From the NCBI GenBank assembly GCA_937895975.1, contig CALBLG010000210.1:1-52962 (forward strand): DNA of 52,962 nucleotides, in the 5' to 3' direction. Each line of letters begins with the position of its first letter. The first letter of the stretch is position 1. The DNA comes from an uncultured Slackia sp. Lineage in GTDB: Bacteria; Actinomycetota; Coriobacteriia; Coriobacteriales; Eggerthellaceae. The translations under genes were made by a program, and so were the position numbers. The notes under the pieces were generated by a model. It ran no database searches. It had not been told where the DNA came from and saw only the letters and a program-made list of their open reading frames with translations. Positions 49,175-52,962 of the stretch are shown here, piece after piece.

Positions 49175-50593
49175 TTAGTTGCACACCTTGCCTGGGTTCA
49201 AAACGAAGTTCGGGTCGAACACCTGTTTAATGCCCGCCATCAGGTTAAACGCGGTGTCGCCCACCGACTCGCGCAGGTATTCCTTCTTCGCGTGGCCAAT
49301 GCCGTGCTCGCCAGAAACCTGGCCGCCCAGCTCGGCGCACTTCGCATACGCCGCATGCATGACGCGCGTCGACTTCTCGAGAAACGCCTCTTTGCTAATA
49401 CCATTGCCGCAGCAATAAATGTGCAGGTTGCCGTCGCCCGCATGGCCGAACGAGCGAATGCGCACGTCATTTTCAACGCCCACATCATGGATGAACCCAA
49501 GGAACTCGGCGATTTTATCGACGGGCACCACCACGTCCATCTCGTCCAGGTGCTCGGTCTCGGCCTCGATAACCGTGAGGAATGCGCTGCGCGCGGCCCA
49601 CACCGACGCCTTGTCGGCCGGGTGGTCGATAACCAGCGTGTCGAACGCGCCGGTTTCATCAGCAATCTCGGCAAGCGTTTCGGCGCGCTGGAAAATCTCG
49701 TCGGCGTCGTTGCCGTCGAGCGTAACCAGGATGTACGCGCCGCATTCGTTGCCGTCGACCACGGTGGGGATGATTTTGTTGCCCGTGTATTCCGCCGACG
49801 AGTCCACGATGTCGCGCTCCATGAACTCGATGGACTGCGGGTTCAAACCGGCAAGCTTAATCTTCGGCACGGCCGAGATTGCGGTTTCAATATCGTGAAA
49901 CGAAAGGATGAAGCTCGTGTCTTCCTTCGGATTGGGGATAAGCTTCATCGAAAGCTCGGTGATGACGCCCAGCGTACCCTCCGAGCCAATCATCAGGTGC
50001 AACAGGCTGTAGCCCGAGCTGGTTTTCGTAACCTCGCGGCCCAGGCGCAGAACCTCGCCGTTCGGCAACACCACCGTCAGCGCAAGCACATAGTCGCGCG
50101 TGGTGCCGTACTTCACGGCACGCATGCCACCGGCGTTTGTGGACACGTTGCCGCCAATCGAACCAGTTTTCTCGCCGGGATCGGGCGGGTACATGAAGCC
50201 GTGTTCGATGGCGTCGGCCGCCAAATCGCACAGGCGCACGCCCGGCTGCACGCGCACGAACAGGTTGTTCATGTCGTACTCGACGATTCTATCCATGCGC
50301 ATGGTGCACAGCACGATGCCGCCGTACAGCGGCGTGCTGCCGCCGACCAAGCCCGTGCCCGCACCGCGCACCGTAACGGGAATGCGATTCGCGTTCGCAA
50401 GCTTCATAATGGCCGAAACCTCTTCGGTGGTTGCAGGCAGCACCACGACATCAGGCATGCGCGTGCCGTAAATAGGCATTTCATCGTGCGCATAGTCTTC
50501 GTTGATATCTTCACCCGTGAGGCAATTATCGCCCCCGACAATATTCTCGAGCTCGGCAATGAGCTCAGAGGTAAGTTGGTTGTACTCGGCCAT
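49175..50593 (-). CDS. FAD-linked 2-hydroxyacid oxidoreductase (GlcD/LctD-like D-lactate dehydrogenase)
   Basis: 'RGAGTGLVGG', 'YPPDP', 'NAGGMRAVKYGTTRDYV', 'GHAGDGNLH', 'SGEHGIG'; AAGGGAG RBS. Confidence 0.88.
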   Translation of the reverse strand: MAEYNQLTSELIAELENIVGGDNCLTGEDINEDYAHDEMPIYGTRMPDVVVLPATTEEVSAIMKLANANRIPVTVRGAGTGLVGGSTPLYGGIVLCTMRMDRIVEYDMNNLFVRVQPGVRLCDLAADAIEHGFMYPPDPGEKTGSIGGNVSTNAGGMRAVKYGTTRDYVLALTVVLPNGEVLRLGREVTKTSSGYSLLHLMIGSEGTLGVITELSMKLIPNPKEDTSFILSFHDIETAISAVPKIKLAGLNPQSIEFMERDIVDSSAEYTGNKIIPTVVDGNECGAYILVTLDGNDADEIFQRAETLAEIADETGAFDTLVIDHPADKASVWAARSAFLTVIEAETEHLDEMDVVVPVDKIAEFLGFIHDVGVENDVRIRSFGHAGDGNLHIYCCGNGISKEAFLEKSTRVMHAAYAKCAELGGQVSGEHGIGHAKKEYLRESVGDTAFNLMAGIKQVFDPNFVLNPGKVCN

Positions 50594-50986
50594 GGCTCCC
50601 TTTCCGTGCATTGCGGCGCATAACGGCACTCGCGCGGCCAAATCCCAGGCCGCGATGCCTATCAATAAACATGCGCTCTCGTCTTGCGTTCGCCGAACTC
50701 TAGCACACTAAAGCGCCAATGTATCCAGCCGATAACGCCTCGCAAATGAGCGGCGCATAGCGGCGGCGAACGGCAGATTGCCGCATGCGGGCGGTTGAAC
50801 GCGACGGCATTTCACGATTGCTTTTGCAGCGACACCGCAACCGCACAAGCGTCCAAACGGGGCGGATGAGCCCCAGCCGCTCCGAAAGCTCCGCAAAACG
50901 AGACGATAGTCGAGCGACGCCTCGACCCCAGACGAACGAATCGGCATCTCTGATAAACTGTCCAAAAGGCGAGGCTGGAGGTGCCC

Positions 50987-51451
50987 ATGCGCTTTTCTCT
51001 CTTCATAATCGCATCGATTGCGTTGTCGTTGACGCTTTTCGGTTGCACCGCGCAACAGAGCGCTCCCGCTTCCTCCGATTCAGAATCGAGCGGCCCTATC
51101 TACGATCGAAGCACCGCTTTGTTCCATTACGAATCGTTCGACCATGAAGCCATCGACGAAATCCCGCCAACGCCGGAAGACTCCGCCGGCGGACCCTTCG
51201 TCGCACAATGGGAGCTCGTAGGCACCATCGAAGATTTCGACGGAGCTGGCATTGCGAAAGTCCAAGTAGACACCACGCAATCGAGCGGCTGGATTCTTAG
51301 CACCGTATACCTCGACGCCGGCACATCCGTCGAGGGAAATAGGCCCCTTACCATTGGCGACCGAATAGAATGCGGTTTTCTTTATAATTCGAATTCGGAA
51401 ATAATCAAACCCGGGTCGCTTGGCTACGTCAGGATTTTGAACCCCGAATAA
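50987..51451 (+). CDS. Hypothetical lipoprotein
   Basis: GGAGG RBS; hydrophobic signal ending LFGC; Ser-rich linker. Confidence 0.6.
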   Translation: MRFSLFIIASIALSLTLFGCTAQQSAPASSDSESSGPIYDRSTALFHYESFDHEAIDEIPPTPEDSAGGPFVAQWELVGTIEDFDGAGIAKVQVDTTQSSGWILSTVYLDAGTSVEGNRPLTIGDRIECGFLYNSNSEIIKPGSLGYVRILNPE

Positions 51452-51519
51452 CCGCGCAACTCAATAGCGTTGCCGCCGTCACCATTCCGCCAAGGCTGCA
51501 GCCCCGAAAGGATACCTCC

Positions 51520-52083
51520 ATGATGTGGTTCACCGCCGATTTGCATTTCGGCCATTCGAGCATTTTGTCGAAAATGGAGCGCCCGTTCGCAACCATCGAG
51601 CAGATGAACCAGGGGCTTATCGCTGCGATCAACGAACGCGTAGCACCAGGTGATTCGCTCTACGTGCTGGGCGATTTCGCGTACCAAACGACCGCCGCCA
51701 ACGCGCGGCGCCTGCGCGAGCAAATCGCGTGCGAGCATGTGCACCTGCTGCGCGGCAACCACGACGATTCGTGGTCGACGGGCGCAAACGCGAGCGTGTT
51801 CGAAACCGAGCAAGACTACCTGGAAATCGCCCCCGGCTACGCGCGCGGCCACAAGCTGGTGCTGTTCCACTACCCCATCATGAGCTGGAACGGCAAGCGC
51901 CGCGACGCCATTCAGCTGCACGGGCACATTCACTCGAAAGGCAGCGACTACAACGAACGCAACCGCGACCGCGGCATTCTGCGCTACGACGTGGGCGTTG
52001 ACGCGAACGGCTACGCGCCAGTAAGTCTGCCCGAGATTCTAAAGTTCTTCGATGGCGCGCAATCGCATTCCCGCATGGGATAG
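51520..52083 (+). CDS. Calcineurin-like metallophosphoesterase
   Basis: DLH, LGD, GNHD, HYP, HGHIH, 'DVGVD' motifs. Confidence 0.88.
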   Translation: MMWFTADLHFGHSSILSKMERPFATIEQMNQGLIAAINERVAPGDSLYVLGDFAYQTTAANARRLREQIACEHVHLLRGNHDDSWSTGANASVFETEQDYLEIAPGYARGHKLVLFHYPIMSWNGKRRDAIQLHGHIHSKGSDYNERNRDRGILRYDVGVDANGYAPVSLPEILKFFDGAQSHSRMG

Positions 52084-52190
52084 AGCAACGCCGAAATCGA
52101 AGACACGCATGTGGGCCAGTTCAGCCTTGCCCACATGCGGCTACTTGGCGCAAACGAAACCGAATTCAAGCACAGGCCAAGCCCTCCACG

Positions 52191-52961
52191 CTATTTCACA
52201 CGCACATCAAGCTGGTTGTAGGGGATCTCGATGCCGCGCTCTTCGATCACGTCTTGCGCGCATCCGAGCATTTGACGGCGCACCACGGGGCGGTCGGCTG
52301 GATCGCAAAAAGCACGCACGCGATACAGGATGCTCGAGTCGCCGAATTCCTGCGTGCCCAAAACATCACAACCCGCAGTCGAATCCAATTCTGCAATGCG
52401 GTCAGATATCGCTTGCATCGTCGCACGAGCCTCGCCGGCCGAAATATCGTAGGGCAGGGGCACATCGATGGAACAGCGGCCCGTAAGCACTTCGACCTCG
52501 GAAATATTGCGATTCGAAATAGTCACGACGTTCTTGCTGCCCGTGAGTTCGATCTTCGTGGATTTGAGATTCATCGAGAGCACCTTGCCCTCGAAGTCTT
52601 TATAGCGAATCACGTCTCCGATTGAGAAGTACCCGTCCCATGCGATGCTCGCGCCCATGATGAGGTCTTTCAGGATATCTTGCAGAGCGAAGCCAACGAC
52701 GATGCCGGCGATGCCAAGGCCCGTCGCCAAGCCCGCCACGTCGATACCGTTGATGCGCATCACCACGACGCACACCACCACAACTACGACGTATTTCAGC
52801 ACGTTCGCCGAAATCTGCATATTCGAGCGGCGGGCCGCATCTTGCTCGCGGTCGAGCAGCGCCTTCGCGAAACGCTTGAACAACACGCGCCATGCAAAAA
52901 CCGAGGCAACCACAACCGCGAGCGAGACCCACGGCTTAGGAGACATGAAGTACGCAAGCAC
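52191..52961 (-). CDS. MscS family mechanosensitive channel (5' end probably outside window)
   Basis: 'GIAGIVVGFALQD', 'F.IGD.I', 'GIEIPY.Q'. Confidence 0.85.
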   Translation of the reverse strand: MLAYFMSPKPWVSLAVVVASVFAWRVLFKRFAKALLDREQDAARRSNMQISANVLKYVVVVVVCVVVMRINGIDVAGLATGLGIAGIVVGFALQDILKDLIMGASIAWDGYFSIGDVIRYKDFEGKVLSMNLKSTKIELTGSKNVVTISNRNISEVEVLTGRCSIDVPLPYDISAGEARATMQAISDRIAELDSTAGCDVLGTQEFGDSSILYRVRAFCDPADRPVVRRQMLGCAQDVIEERGIEIPYNQLDVRVK

Positions 52962-52962
52962 G

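Overview
A 53-kb, GC-rich chromosomal segment. Gene content (multi-TM LuxR regulator paired with a Tat-lipoprotein flavin reductase, folP-folK fusion, fhs-fchA-folD) points to Coriobacteriia, probably Eggerthellaceae; this is inference. Most of it is housekeeping: pepV-like peptidase, xpt-pbuX, a split pst/pho locus with two Pho-box-like promoters, one-carbon/folate genes, a second two-component pair, MFS/ABC/MATE transporters, hpt-ftsH, two paralogous LCP genes flanking a reductase/LuxR cassette, a polysaccharide deacetylase, ilvDBNC, a small alarmone synthetase, Met/Cys trans-sulfuration genes, glcD-like/larA lactate genes and a partial MscS gene. I saw no transposase, integrase, CRISPR array, rRNA or tRNA. 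The unusual signal is intergenic. (1) Three copies of a ~95-nt conserved, covarying structured core, each enclosed by a long near-perfect inverted repeat whose sequence differs between copies. (2) Several other long fold-back elements and short REP-like palindromes, including an inverted pair bracketing the reductase/LuxR cassette. (3) A Leu-specifier T-box-like leader on ilvD that lacks the canonical UGGN-ACC discriminator. All calls come from reading motifs by eye; no database searches were run.
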